Positions 26,859-35,300 are shown, counted from the stretch's first letter. The stretch is DNA of 64,000 nucleotides from an uncultured virus (IMG/VR IMGVR_UViG_3300033993_000240) (IMGVR_UViG_3300033993_000240), one strand, 5' to 3'. Numbers and translations: made by a program. Notes: generated from the letters alone by a model not told the origin.

Positions 26859-27004
26859 ATGAGTACCAAAAGCAATTCGACCTTTTTCTCAAAGTCTTTG
26901 TACGCATGTGCATTGCCTGGTACGTCTTGGGCCTGCTCAAGTTCTTGCCGGACGAGCTGGCCGACAAGGTTGTCAATAAACTACTTGGGATGATTGGACT
27001 ATGA
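26855..27004 (+). CDS. Small membrane protein (49 aa)
   Basis: ATGA overlaps at both ends; conserved in unit B. Confidence 0.6.
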   Translation: MNEYQKQFDLFLKVFVRMCIAWYVLGLLKFLPDELADKVVNKLLGMIGL

Positions 27005-27612
27005 GCGAAGAAAAGCCAGCAGATATATTAAGCAAGGTGCTGTCCTATGTGGATAGTCCATTTAAACTGTTTGCGCTGATACTCATGGCGGTGTTTGCGT
27101 TTGCTGGCTACTTTGTTTGGCAGAACCAAGAGCTGCTGATGGGCGCATACAAAGAGTCCAAGAAGATGCCAAGCATTGTCGAGGATAGGGTGGAAGACGC
27201 TGCTGCCCACTTGTTCAAAACCACCAACGCCACCATTGTGGCTGTGTTCAAAGTGAACCCAATGTTTGGAACCAGAGTGCTGCATCGTGCCTATACCAAA
27301 GAAGGCCGAGACAAAACCAACGATGGGCTTGATGTTGGCCTGTTTACTCAGAACGCAGCCAACAACGCTGATGTGGTCAGACTGATGGCCAGCGAGATAC
27401 CTTGTGGTGAATATCGCGCAGCACAATCCGAGATGGGCCTGTGGTATATCGCCAAAGGTGTCACTTACACCTGCCGAATCAGCATCCCACCTGATCCAAA
27501 CCGGTTTGTTGGCCAGATCACTGTAGGCTGGGATAATGAGCCAGCCGACATTCAGGTGGCAAGAACCATGATGGAAATTGCAGCAACCATGCTTTCAAGG
27601 AGCAAACAATGA
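27001..27612 (+). CDS. Putative T4 T-like holin (one TM + periplasmic GAF-like domain)
   Basis: Amphipathic N-terminal helix, single TM, then AVFKVNP...FVGQITVGW...AATMLSRSK; recalled similarity to T4 gp t. Confidence 0.55.
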   Translation: MSEEKPADILSKVLSYVDSPFKLFALILMAVFAFAGYFVWQNQELLMGAYKESKKMPSIVEDRVEDAAAHLFKTTNATIVAVFKVNPMFGTRVLHRAYTKEGRDKTNDGLDVGLFTQNAANNADVVRLMASEIPCGEYRAAQSEMGLWYIAKGVTYTCRISIPPDPNRFVGQITVGWDNEPADIQVARTMMEIAATMLSRSKQ

Positions 27613-28019
27613 TTGGACTCGACGCACTTCTAAACGTGGGCGGAAAGCTCATCGACAAACTAATTCCTGACCCAGAGGCCAAAGCCAAAGCGCAACTGGA
27701 ATTGGCGAAGCTGGCGCAAGAAGGTGAGCTGGCAAAGATGGCCAATGACACCAAGCTGTTCGAGGTGGAGCAGCAGAACACCACAGATCGATGGACAGCA
27801 GACATGGGGTCAGACTCTTGGCTCTCCAAAAACATTCGCCCAATGGCCTTGATAGCCATCTTCTTAGCCTATTTCATCTTCACTGCAATGTCGGCATTTG
27901 GCTATAACGCGCAGGAATCCTATGTCCAGCTGCTTGGCCAGTGGGGGCAGATTATTTTCTTGGCCTATTTTGGTGGCCGTACTGTTGAAAAACTCGCAGA
28001 CATGAGGAGCAAGAAGTGA
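27609..28019 (+). CDS. Holin (3TM/GTA-type)
   Basis: GKLIDKLIPDPEAKAKAQLEL, DSWLSKNIRP, AYFGGRT.EK; directly before the endolysin. Confidence 0.75.
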   Translation: MIGLDALLNVGGKLIDKLIPDPEAKAKAQLELAKLAQEGELAKMANDTKLFEVEQQNTTDRWTADMGSDSWLSKNIRPMALIAIFLAYFIFTAMSAFGYNAQESYVQLLGQWGQIIFLAYFGGRTVEKLADMRSKK

Positions 28020-28453
28020 ATCTCACGCCAAATTTCACCTTAGAAGAACTAACAGCCAGCGAGACCGCAGAACGCAATGGCTGGGACAACAGCCCCAATG
28101 ACACCGAGCTGGACAATTTGACGCGCCTGGCAGACTTTCTAGAGCAGGTGAAGGTGGTGCTGGGTGGCAAGCCAATCATGATCAGCTCAGGCCTGCGCAC
28201 CAAGCTCGTCAATGATGCGGTGGGAAGCAAAGACACCAGCCAGCATCGGACTGGCTGCGCTGCCGATTTCAAGGTGCCAGGCATGACACCAGACGAGGTG
28301 GTGCGCAAGATTGTGGCCAGTGGTATTGGCTACGATCAGATCATTCGTGAGTTTGATCGATGGACGCATATCAGCGTGCCAAATAGCGAAGACACCAGCC
28401 CACGCAAGCAGGCGCTGATCATCGACAAAGCTGGCACTCGTCAGTTTGCGTAA
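28016..28453 (+). CDS. Endolysin, peptidase M15 family
   Basis: NFTLEEL, ISSGLR..N.AVG..SQH..G.AAD, WTHIS Zn-ligand pattern. Confidence 0.88.
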   Translation: MNLTPNFTLEELTASETAERNGWDNSPNDTELDNLTRLADFLEQVKVVLGGKPIMISSGLRTKLVNDAVGSKDTSQHRTGCAADFKVPGMTPDEVVRKIVASGIGYDQIIREFDRWTHISVPNSEDTSPRKQALIIDKAGTRQFA

Positions 28454-28629
28454 GCGTAGGTGCAGGCCACCAAAAGCGCCAGCCATAGCACGCCAAGTAT
28501 GGCAATAAAAAGTCCATAAAAAAAGCGCCTGAGAAGGCGCTTAGATGTTAAAGGCTGCAAAGAATGAGCAATGCGAACAGGGCAGTCACGGCCCTGTCTG
28601 CAATTGCCGTAATCGTCGCAACAGTTCAC
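28441..28629 (-). CDS. Small Cys-rich membrane protein (62 aa)
   Basis: CC...NC.QGRDCP.R plus TM; conserved in unit B. Confidence 0.65.
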   Translation of the reverse strand: MNCCDDYGNCRQGRDCPVRIAHSLQPLTSKRLLRRFFYGLFIAILGVLWLALLVACTYAYAN

Positions 28630-28790
28630 GACGACCACCATGCGACCAAAAGGCAAGCCAGACCAGCACCAATGGCAAAGGCCAGAACATAGCCAGCCAC
28701 ACGCTCCCAAAGCGGCTCTGGTCGGCCATATCCCTGTACCCAAGTGCAGTCTGCAAAATTACGTGGTGTTTGAAAGTTTGAGTTTTTCAC
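28626..28790 (-). CDS. Small membrane protein (54 aa, MKNSNFQTPRNFADC)
   Basis: RBS AAGGAG, GTG start, C-terminal TM; conserved in unit B. Confidence 0.65.
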   Translation of the reverse strand: MKNSNFQTPRNFADCTWVQGYGRPEPLWERVAGYVLAFAIGAGLACLLVAWWSS

Positions 28791-28818
28791 GATCAGCTCC
28801 TTGCTGGTTGGTTAATAT

Positions 28819-28855
28819 GCCCACAGTATAGCACGAAGTCCCACAATCAATGCAA
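28819..28855 (-). promoter_or_regulatory. Extended -10 promoter flanked by TGTGGG direct repeats
   Basis: - strand TGcTATACT with TGTGGG on both sides; conserved in unit B. Confidence 0.5.
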
Positions 28856-28869
28856 CTAGGGATAAACCC

Positions 28870-29358
28870 TTACATTGAGGTTATCTCTACATCATGTGGC
28901 CTGCGCTTGCCATCGAGCAGGTCGTGCAGTCGTTTTTCGGTCAATCGGTGGCATCGATACATGGTGCGAGCAGGCAACATGTTCAGAAGCTCGGCATAGT
29001 CGCTCAGAATAGATCGTACAGCCTGAATCCCTGCCCCATCCATACGAATGGTGCCACCAGTCCTGTTTCGCTTGCCAGCGAGCGCCAAAGCGGTGATGGC
29101 ATCCATCAGCAAGCCATTGGAGTCCTCGCAGACCTTCATCTCGACCACCAGCGTCTCCATGAGGTTGATCGCATCGGAAACTACACGCCAGTCGTCCGTG
29201 GTGGGCGCTGGCGCGGTCTCCATTGCATGCAAGCCTTGGTACATCATGGTGAGCTGGTGCGTGCGAAACTGCTCAGGCAACGGCTCGGTCGGACTGGCCA
29301 TCATCTCGTCGAGGATGGTGTAGTGCCTTGGCCTTGGCTGTGGCTTGCGTTTTCGCAT
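28870..29358 (-). CDS. Conserved phage protein (162 aa)
   Basis: DDW..V.DAIN..E.L pattern; conserved in unit B. Confidence 0.7.
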   Translation of the reverse strand: MRKRKPQPRPRHYTILDEMMASPTEPLPEQFRTHQLTMMYQGLHAMETAPAPTTDDWRVVSDAINLMETLVVEMKVCEDSNGLLMDAITALALAGKRNRTGGTIRMDGAGIQAVRSILSDYAELLNMLPARTMYRCHRLTEKRLHDLLDGKRRPHDVEITSM

Positions 29359-29489
29359 CAATAACCTCTCCACATGCGCACATCCACAAGCCACAAAGAC
29401 AAAAAGAATTCGCCATTGGCAAAACCAATGCCAAACACTGGCCATTTGTGCATGAGGGTATCAATGCTGATGTGAATCTGCTTCTTCAT
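29358..29489 (-). CDS. Small protein (43 aa, MKKQIHISIDTL)
   Basis: Overlap-coupled at both ends; conserved in unit B. Confidence 0.55.
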   Translation of the reverse strand: MKKQIHISIDTLMHKWPVFGIGFANGEFFLSLWLVDVRMWRGY

Positions 29490-29656
29490 GCCTTGGCCTC
29501 CTGTGCTTGCTGGCGCTCCAATTCCATCTTGACGCAGTGCAGAATCTGCGCGGCCAGAGTGCGCGTGTTGCGCTCGGCCATCTTGCGCAACTCGATCTCA
29601 ATGTCGGCAGGCAGCCTGATCGTCATGTAACGATCTTTGATTTTTGCGGTGGCCAT
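29486..29656 (-). CDS. Arc-like ribbon-helix-helix regulator (56 aa)
   Basis: YMTIRLPADIEIELRKMAERNTRTLAAQI. Confidence 0.8.
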   Translation of the reverse strand: MATAKIKDRYMTIRLPADIEIELRKMAERNTRTLAAQILHCVKMELERQQAQEAKA

Positions 29657-29895
29657 TAGTCAGTCCCTCCAGCATTTCCAATTGCATCCTCAAACATGTC
29701 AGCGATGGCAGGAGCACCGGCCAGCTCAATTGGCACGCCATTGGTCAGCAGGTTGACTAAGTCATCTTGGCCAGCCACCTCGATGTCGAATTGGGTCTGG
29801 GCAGCATGGCGAATTGCTTGTGCCTGGTTGCCAGCGCGAATCAGGCGGTGACGGTTGGTCTCCACATCGGTGACCACATAAATGCGTGTGCTCAT
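29656..29895 (-). CDS. Small phage protein (79 aa), unit A only
   Basis: RIYVV...RLIRA.NQAQAIRHAA; TAATG overlap with the Arc-like gene. Confidence 0.7.
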   Translation of the reverse strand: MSTRIYVVTDVETNRHRLIRAGNQAQAIRHAAQTQFDIEVAGQDDLVNLLTNGVPIELAGAPAIADMFEDAIGNAGGTD

Positions 29896-29897
29896 TA

Positions 29898-30128
29898 TTA
29901 AGCCTTCCAAGTGATGGCTTTAACAGCCCACATCTGTGCGGTCTGTGCCTCAGTGATCGCCACGCTACACATGCGCTTGACCTCTTGGTTATCGGTTGTG
30001 TTGCGTAGGTCGTTCATTTGGTTGATAAGGATGGCAAATCCAGCCTTGCAACCGGTCACTGCATCATCATTGCTGGGATTAAAAGTAATGCCAACAGCTT
30101 TCTCGCCATAGGTTAATTCATGTTTCAT
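29898..30128 (-). CDS. Acb2/Tad1-like helical hairpin protein (76 aa), unit A only
   Basis: GEKAVGITFNPS...KRMCSVAITEAQTAQMWAVKAIT; RBS AAGGA. Confidence 0.6.
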   Translation of the reverse strand: MKHELTYGEKAVGITFNPSNDDAVTGCKAGFAILINQMNDLRNTTDNQEVKRMCSVAITEAQTAQMWAVKAITWKA

Positions 30129-30492
30129 TTGGATTTCCTTTATGTTGGTTAAAAAAGGCCTGAAGTTTGCCCTTGGCATCATCAGCACCTTTTCCCACTA
30201 TACAACAGAATCTCACACTTTCAAGATATGCGATCCAGTCTTTCTGCTCGGCACTTAGACTGCCACCTTTGGTGCGCTTCATCTCCACCCAAAGCCCCCA
30301 GGCAGGAATGAACAGATCAGGCACGCCAGAGGAAACACCCTCGGCCTTGAGTCGGCCAGCGGTGGCCAGACTGCGAGCACCACCATTAGGAATGGCAAAG
30401 ATGCGCACGCCTGGCCAAGTCTGGCGAAACCAGCGCACCAGCTCGCGCTGCTCTTCATGCTCGGTTGGTATGCGGTCGGTCAAAATGGGCAT
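30118..30492 (-). CDS. VRR-NUC nuclease
   Basis: EHEEQ, FAIPNGG, LKAEGV..GVPDL, EMK, LSAEQ..W. Confidence 0.88.
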   Translation of the reverse strand: MPILTDRIPTEHEEQRELVRWFRQTWPGVRIFAIPNGGARSLATAGRLKAEGVSSGVPDLFIPAWGLWVEMKRTKGGSLSAEQKDWIAYLESVRFCCIVGKGADDAKGKLQAFFNQHKGNPNET

Positions 30493-30674
30493 TCTGGCTC
30501 CCACTTAGGACAGGCATCCACCTCGGCAGCAAACTCGGCTGGCGGTGTCATGAAGAACTCGGTGCACAGGCCATCTGTGCCGTACATCTCGCAGGTGTGA
30601 CAGCACTTCGGTGGACCGGCCTTGATCCACTCGCGGTAGTCAATCAAGAATTGTGGCTCTGGTGGTCGGCTCAT
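30480..30674 (-). CDS. Small Cys-rich protein (64 aa)
   Basis: CCHTC...G.C...CPKW; conserved in unit B. Confidence 0.7.
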   Translation of the reverse strand: MSRPPEPQFLIDYREWIKAGPPKCCHTCEMYGTDGLCTEFFMTPPAEFAAEVDACPKWEPECPF

Positions 30675-30823
30675 TTCAGACCCCTTTGCATGAGCTTCAC
30701 CCAGCACCGAGCGCAATGCCACTTAGTGCGCACCTTGACACCACCAAGCGGATCAGCCTCACGACTGCACACATCACAAATCTTGAGTTTGTGCATTCGA
30801 TTCATTTGTCCTTCAACTGTCAT
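30671..30823 (-). CDS. Small zinc-finger protein (50 aa)
   Basis: CDVC...WHCARCW; ATGA overlaps at both ends; conserved in unit B. Confidence 0.65.
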   Translation of the reverse strand: MTVEGQMNRMHKLKICDVCSREADPLGGVKVRTKWHCARCWVKLMQRGLK

Positions 30824-32409
30824 TCCCAGCTCCTTTTTATTACCCTAAAAAACTTTCCGTCCTTGCGATACTCAATCCACTCTGGTGGCGTGGCCTTGTT
30901 CATGTTCTGCACCATGTCCTCCAGCGTCTTCACATTCAGGCCACCAGGCACAATGCTGGCGCTGTTTGCAATACTCAGCAGCTGGCTCATTGCACGCTGG
31001 CCTGCATAGCCTTCATGCATGATTGGCAAATACTCTGTGATCGGTGTATCACTCAGGCCACCGTAGTAGGTCACTGCCAGCATCTCAATGCCAGAGGCCT
31101 TGCTGATGTGCTTGCGCCATGTCCAGCTCGTCACATCCAGCTCTTGGCCATCCAGACCCATGATGTCGTCATTTCGCAACACCATCGATTTTTTTACTGG
31201 CTCAGGAAACTGCTCACCGCATGAAGGGCAAAGCATCACCGAGATGTGCACCAGCTCACCGCAGTGATCGCACACCTTGACTGGTGCCTCGCCATTTCCA
31301 TCGCCACCCTTCTTGGGCGGCTGCACATTGGTGATCGGACCATGCGACTCGACCACACCTGCAAAGTCGAGCACCAAACAGTGATCGGTGTGCGACTTCA
31401 CGCGCATGCCGCGGCCTGCCATTTGCACATAAAGACTGGCGCTCATGGTCGGGCGCAGCATCACCACCAGATCGATGTCGGGATAGTCAAAGCCAGTGGT
31501 TAGCACATTGGCATTGGTAAGCGCACGCACACGGCCAGCCTTGAAGTCGGCCAGCATGCGCTCTCGCTCTTTTTTTGGTGTCTCGCCAGTCACACACTCA
31601 GCAGTCACACCCTGCTGGCGCAGGACTTCGGCCACGTGCTCGGCATGCTTCACACCAGCACAAAAAAACAGCCATGCCTTGCGCTCACCGGCCAAACCCA
31701 TGACCTCATGCACCACGGCCTGATTCTTGTCGTCAGTATCCACAGCGGCCTGCAACTCGGACTCAATAAACTCGCCACCACGCTTCTTCACGCCACTCAC
31801 ATCCAGCTTGGCCTTGGTGACCTTGGAGCGCAGTGTGGCCAGATAGCCCTTGAACACCAGCTCCTCGATGCTGACAGGCGTGAGCAGATCGTCAAATAGC
31901 GCAGGCTTGTCGGTGATCAGGCCATGCCCCAAGCGGTAAGGCGTGGCAGTCAGGCCAATCACGCGCAGGTGTGAATTGATGGCCTTCAACTCGCCAAGCA
32001 GCTTGCGGTAGCCACCCTCGTCCTTGTGGTTGACCAAGTGGCACTCGTCGATGATCACCAGATCGATGTGGCCAAGCTCACGCGCCTTGGTGCGCACCGA
32101 CTGGATGCCAGCGAACGTGATTGGCTCGCTCAAGTCTTTCTGTCCAATGCTGGCGCTGTAGATGCCCATCGGTGCACCAGGCCAATGCTGGCGCATCTTT
32201 TCGGCATTCTGCTCGATCAGCTCCTTGACATGGGTGAGCATGAGCACCCGAGTCTCTGGCCAGTTCTGCAAGGCATCCTTGCACAGCGCAGCCACGATGT
32301 GCGACTTGCCTGAGCCGGTCGGCAGTACCAAGCATGGATTGCCAGCATTGCCAGCCTCAAACCATCGGTACAGCTCGTCGATGGTGCGCTGTTGGTAGTC
32401 ACGGAGCAT
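30820..32409 (-). CDS. SF2 DExH helicase (RadD/YejH-like) with zinc finger
   Basis: LRDYQ, PTGSGKS, DECH, TAT, TTGFD, QMAGRG.R, CDHC..CPSC. Confidence 0.92.
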   Translation of the reverse strand: MLRDYQQRTIDELYRWFEAGNAGNPCLVLPTGSGKSHIVAALCKDALQNWPETRVLMLTHVKELIEQNAEKMRQHWPGAPMGIYSASIGQKDLSEPITFAGIQSVRTKARELGHIDLVIIDECHLVNHKDEGGYRKLLGELKAINSHLRVIGLTATPYRLGHGLITDKPALFDDLLTPVSIEELVFKGYLATLRSKVTKAKLDVSGVKKRGGEFIESELQAAVDTDDKNQAVVHEVMGLAGERKAWLFFCAGVKHAEHVAEVLRQQGVTAECVTGETPKKERERMLADFKAGRVRALTNANVLTTGFDYPDIDLVVMLRPTMSASLYVQMAGRGMRVKSHTDHCLVLDFAGVVESHGPITNVQPPKKGGDGNGEAPVKVCDHCGELVHISVMLCPSCGEQFPEPVKKSMVLRNDDIMGLDGQELDVTSWTWRKHISKASGIEMLAVTYYGGLSDTPITEYLPIMHEGYAGQRAMSQLLSIANSASIVPGGLNVKTLEDMVQNMNKATPPEWIEYRKDGKFFRVIKRSWE

Positions 32410-33434
32410 CAGCCAACCACCCTTCCACCAAAGTCCTTGCGCATTTCAGCGATCAAAGGATCACCACTGGCGCAGGCCTCAGCATTGGCCAGCAACTCCT
32501 TGCTACCCCAAACGCCTTCCTGCTCAGGATCACCATTGGCCAGATTCACGCCATTGATCTCATACACAGCAGTGAACTCGTTCGGACCATCCTTGCGCTG
32601 CCAAGGAACCAGATCAGGATGCAGGACATGACCCTCACAGCCAGTGCGCTGGGAATCCAAGGGAATCTCAGCATCCCACTTGGCGCAGTGCCAAGTCGAG
32701 TCAGGCATTGCTGTGGCCAAAGCGCAGGTGCGGCAGTTCACATGCTTGGTGGTCTTGGACTGGTGGCAGAACTCATGCGCATCGCAAAATTTGCATTGAT
32801 ACCAGCTCGCATCTGAGCTGATCGGCTCAGGCATCCGGTCACTCAAAGCAATGCGCTTGCCACGAACAATAGCCTTGTGCGCCACATCCTTGTCGAACTT
32901 CACGCGCTCGGTGTGGATGCGGTCGTCATCCTTGCAGACCGTCAAGTACAGCGCACGATCAATGTCAGTGCCAGCCATGTAGACCTGCATCTGCACAAAG
33001 TGCTCAGGCTTGGACTTCTCCACGCCATTCTTCTCAAGATCATCAAATGCTTTTTTGGATGCGGTCTTGAACTCGGCAATGTGCTTGGTCTTGGGTGCTT
33101 CTGGCACACCCTTGTCGATGATGGCATCCAGCGATCCAGACACATGACAGCCAAAATCCACACGGTGCTGGGCAGACACCTTGCGAACATCGATGCCAAT
33201 GGCACGCAAGTCGCTGATGATGTTGGCCTCCTCTTGGTGGCCACGCCTGAACAGGCGCAGGATTCGACCAGGGAAGCTCGGCTGCACAGCCCAGCGGAAA
33301 GACAGCCACAGCCACCGATCACATACATGGCCAAGCGTACTGGCCCCAAGGTGTGGGCGTGGCACCTCGGCAATGGCCTCATGGTGTTTGTCAATCAACG
33401 ACTGGATGCTATTATCTGGCTCAGGGATTTTCAT
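32409..33434 (-). CDS. Cas4-like PD-(D/E)XK exonuclease
   Basis: CDR.LW, GSLD, EFKT, QMQVY, CKFC...C, NCRTC. Confidence 0.85.
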   Translation of the reverse strand: MKIPEPDNSIQSLIDKHHEAIAEVPRPHLGASTLGHVCDRWLWLSFRWAVQPSFPGRILRLFRRGHQEEANIISDLRAIGIDVRKVSAQHRVDFGCHVSGSLDAIIDKGVPEAPKTKHIAEFKTASKKAFDDLEKNGVEKSKPEHFVQMQVYMAGTDIDRALYLTVCKDDDRIHTERVKFDKDVAHKAIVRGKRIALSDRMPEPISSDASWYQCKFCDAHEFCHQSKTTKHVNCRTCALATAMPDSTWHCAKWDAEIPLDSQRTGCEGHVLHPDLVPWQRKDGPNEFTAVYEINGVNLANGDPEQEGVWGSKELLANAEACASGDPLIAEMRKDFGGRVVG

Positions 33435-33458
33435 GTTTGTCTCTCCTTTGATGAGTTT

Positions 33459-33495
33459 GCCCAGACCAGTTCACGCTAGTCTGGGCTTTTCTTTT
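33459..33495 (+). terminator. Hairpin with T-tract on + strand (antisense to the local genes)
   Basis: GCCCAGACCAG...CTAGTCTGGGC-TTTTCTTTT. Confidence 0.55.
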
Positions 33496-33496
33496 C

Positions 33497-33982
33497 TTAC
33501 TTCTTAGCCCAAGGCGGTGCGGCCTTGGCAGGTGCAGAATTGCTTTGGACTTGAGGAATGGCCGCAGCTGGCGCTGCACTGCCAGACACAGACTTGAAGC
33601 CCTTGACCTCATTGCTTGCACCGTACTGCGCGTCCTCTTTGACCTCCAGCTTGATGGCGATCTGGCCACCAATCAACTGATCGGTGTCTGTTACCTTGGC
33701 CAAGCCAATCGCACGCATGATGTCTCCCAGCTGCTGGCGACCAATCTCCTCGGCCTTTGGATTGGCATTCTTGATGTTCAGATTGCCAAACACCACGCGA
33801 CCTTGGTGGCTTGGGCCAGTGATGTCATAGCGCAGTTTGATGTACTGGCCATTGCCAGCCTTGGTTGCCTTCAACTCAGACTGAGAGATGGTGGCGGTGT
33901 ACCAGCCAGCAGGCAGAGGCTCAAAGTTGCCATTGCCTTGGGGCAGTTCGTTGACGTTGAATTCTTCGTTTAAAAAAGCCAT
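33497..33982 (-). CDS. DUF669-like ssDNA-binding protein
   Basis: FEPLPAGWY.A.I..SE.K.TK.G.G.Y..L; C-terminal PPW. Confidence 0.78.
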   Translation of the reverse strand: MAFLNEEFNVNELPQGNGNFEPLPAGWYTATISQSELKATKAGNGQYIKLRYDITGPSHQGRVVFGNLNIKNANPKAEEIGRQQLGDIMRAIGLAKVTDTDQLIGGQIAIKLEVKEDAQYGASNEVKGFKSVSGSAAPAAAIPQVQSNSAPAKAAPPWAKK

Positions 33983-33985
33983 GAT

Positions 33986-34390
33986 TTACTCCTTGGGGAT
34001 AATTTTGAAAGATGGGCGGCCAGGCTTGGCCGTGATTGCACCGGCAAGCGGTTTGGTGATGGACTCATCTGCTGCCTTCCAGATGGCCATGTTGATCTCA
34101 GGCTTCCAGCGGAACAACTTGGCCAAGTGATCGGTCAAACCGAACTCAGCGGCAAGCTCTTGCACCTTGTCTCCGTCGACTTTGCGGTCGATGCGGCCAA
34201 CGATCTTGATCTCATATCGACCAGGCTCGACAGTCTCTGTGCCTTCAAGGTTTTCGGAAATAGTTGCCAACTTCTTGATGTGGTCTTCAATATCGCGTCG
34301 ATCCGCTGTCGCATCTTCTTCCTGCTTCTTAGCAGCCAGCCACATGCTGGCCAGCTCGTTCATGTCATTGGGCAATACCTTGGCGGTCAT
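33986..34390 (-). CDS. Conserved phage protein (134 aa)
   Basis: Ortholog of 28..432. Confidence 0.75.
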   Translation of the reverse strand: MTAKVLPNDMNELASMWLAAKKQEEDATADRRDIEDHIKKLATISENLEGTETVEPGRYEIKIVGRIDRKVDGDKVQELAAEFGLTDHLAKLFRWKPEINMAIWKAADESITKPLAGAITAKPGRPSFKIIPKE

Positions 34391-34578
34391 GAAATCCTCG
34401 CTTTCATCATTGTGTCTGCCCATTCGTAGGCAGTTTCTGCGGCTTGTGCTTGCTTTGTTTGAAACTGCACAGTGATTAAGGACTGCATAGCCTTAGCCGC
34501 AAAGTAGTCACGAAGGGTCATTCCATGTTCGTTGTCTGCCAAGTCAAAGTGCATGGCGGGAAATGCTGGGGTGTTCAT
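34387..34578 (-). CDS. Small accessory protein (63 aa), unit B only
   Basis: PAFP...GMTLRDYFAAKAMQ...AY..AD.M..AR, a recurrent phage motif. Confidence 0.8.
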   Translation of the reverse strand: MNTPAFPAMHFDLADNEHGMTLRDYFAAKAMQSLITVQFQTKQAQAAETAYEWADTMMKARIS

Positions 34579-35252
34579 GCTTTGCCTCCGATCTTGGCAA
34601 TGATTGCACCCAGATCAGGCGCTTCCCAAGCCTCCAACTTGCCAGAGCGATCCTTGGCCAACCAAAGGCCGTCCGAGTCGCACATCAGCGCACGCTGGGT
34701 CACGCCTTCGGCATCACGCTCAACACGCAGCGCCAGCACTTCATCAAAGAAGTAAGGCAGGCCTTGTGTCAGGCTCTTGCCTGGCATGCCTGGGTTGTAG
34801 AGCATCTTGCCCATCTCGTCGGTGGACTTCTCCAGCTTGGCCGACATGTAGACATGCTTACCAGGCAGATCGCGGAAGGCGCGAATCAGCTCCTGCATGG
34901 TGCTGTTCATCTCGCCATACGCTGCGCGGCCATCCTTGGACTTCTTCATCTCATGGGACAACACCACCTCAGCAACTTCGCTGATTGAGTCAAGCGCCAC
35001 CGACTGAAAGCCTGCGGCCTCCTTGCTGTCTCTGGCCCATGTGAAGGCCTCGCGCAAGTCGTCCATTGAGGCGATCTCAATGTAAGGCAGATCAGCGTCC
35101 TGAATGGACAGCAGGCCACCCTCGGCACTAAGAACAATCACATTTGGCAGGGTCTTGACCAGCGTGGTCTTACCAGCACCGGCTTGGCCGTACACCAACA
35201 ACTTCACTCCATTGGCAGACAAGCTGCCGGTCGATTTCAAATTGATAGCCAT
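34575..35252 (-). CDS. AAA_24 / Sak4-like ATPase
   Basis: Protein matches 429..1106. Confidence 0.8.
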   Translation of the reverse strand: MAINLKSTGSLSANGVKLLVYGQAGAGKTTLVKTLPNVIVLSAEGGLLSIQDADLPYIEIASMDDLREAFTWARDSKEAAGFQSVALDSISEVAEVVLSHEMKKSKDGRAAYGEMNSTMQELIRAFRDLPGKHVYMSAKLEKSTDEMGKMLYNPGMPGKSLTQGLPYFFDEVLALRVERDAEGVTQRALMCDSDGLWLAKDRSGKLEAWEAPDLGAIIAKIGGKA

Positions 35253-35300
35253 TTGGCTCTCCTTTTTTTTTGCACCTCCGTCTGGGAATCAGTTCGAGGT

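Larger units (their letters stand above)
1..33958. mobile_element. Phage genome unit A (P22-like podovirus, one full circularly permuted gene set)
   Basis: Full set of replication, packaging, head, tail and lysis genes. The sequence at 1 (gaattcttcgtttaaaaaagccatg) recurs at 33959. Boundaries are set by the window, not by observed termini. Confidence 0.9.

Noticed and set aside
32409..33434. Cas4-like nuclease as a sign of CRISPR-Cas
   Set aside because: No array, cas1/cas2 or effector genes; the context is a phage recombination module
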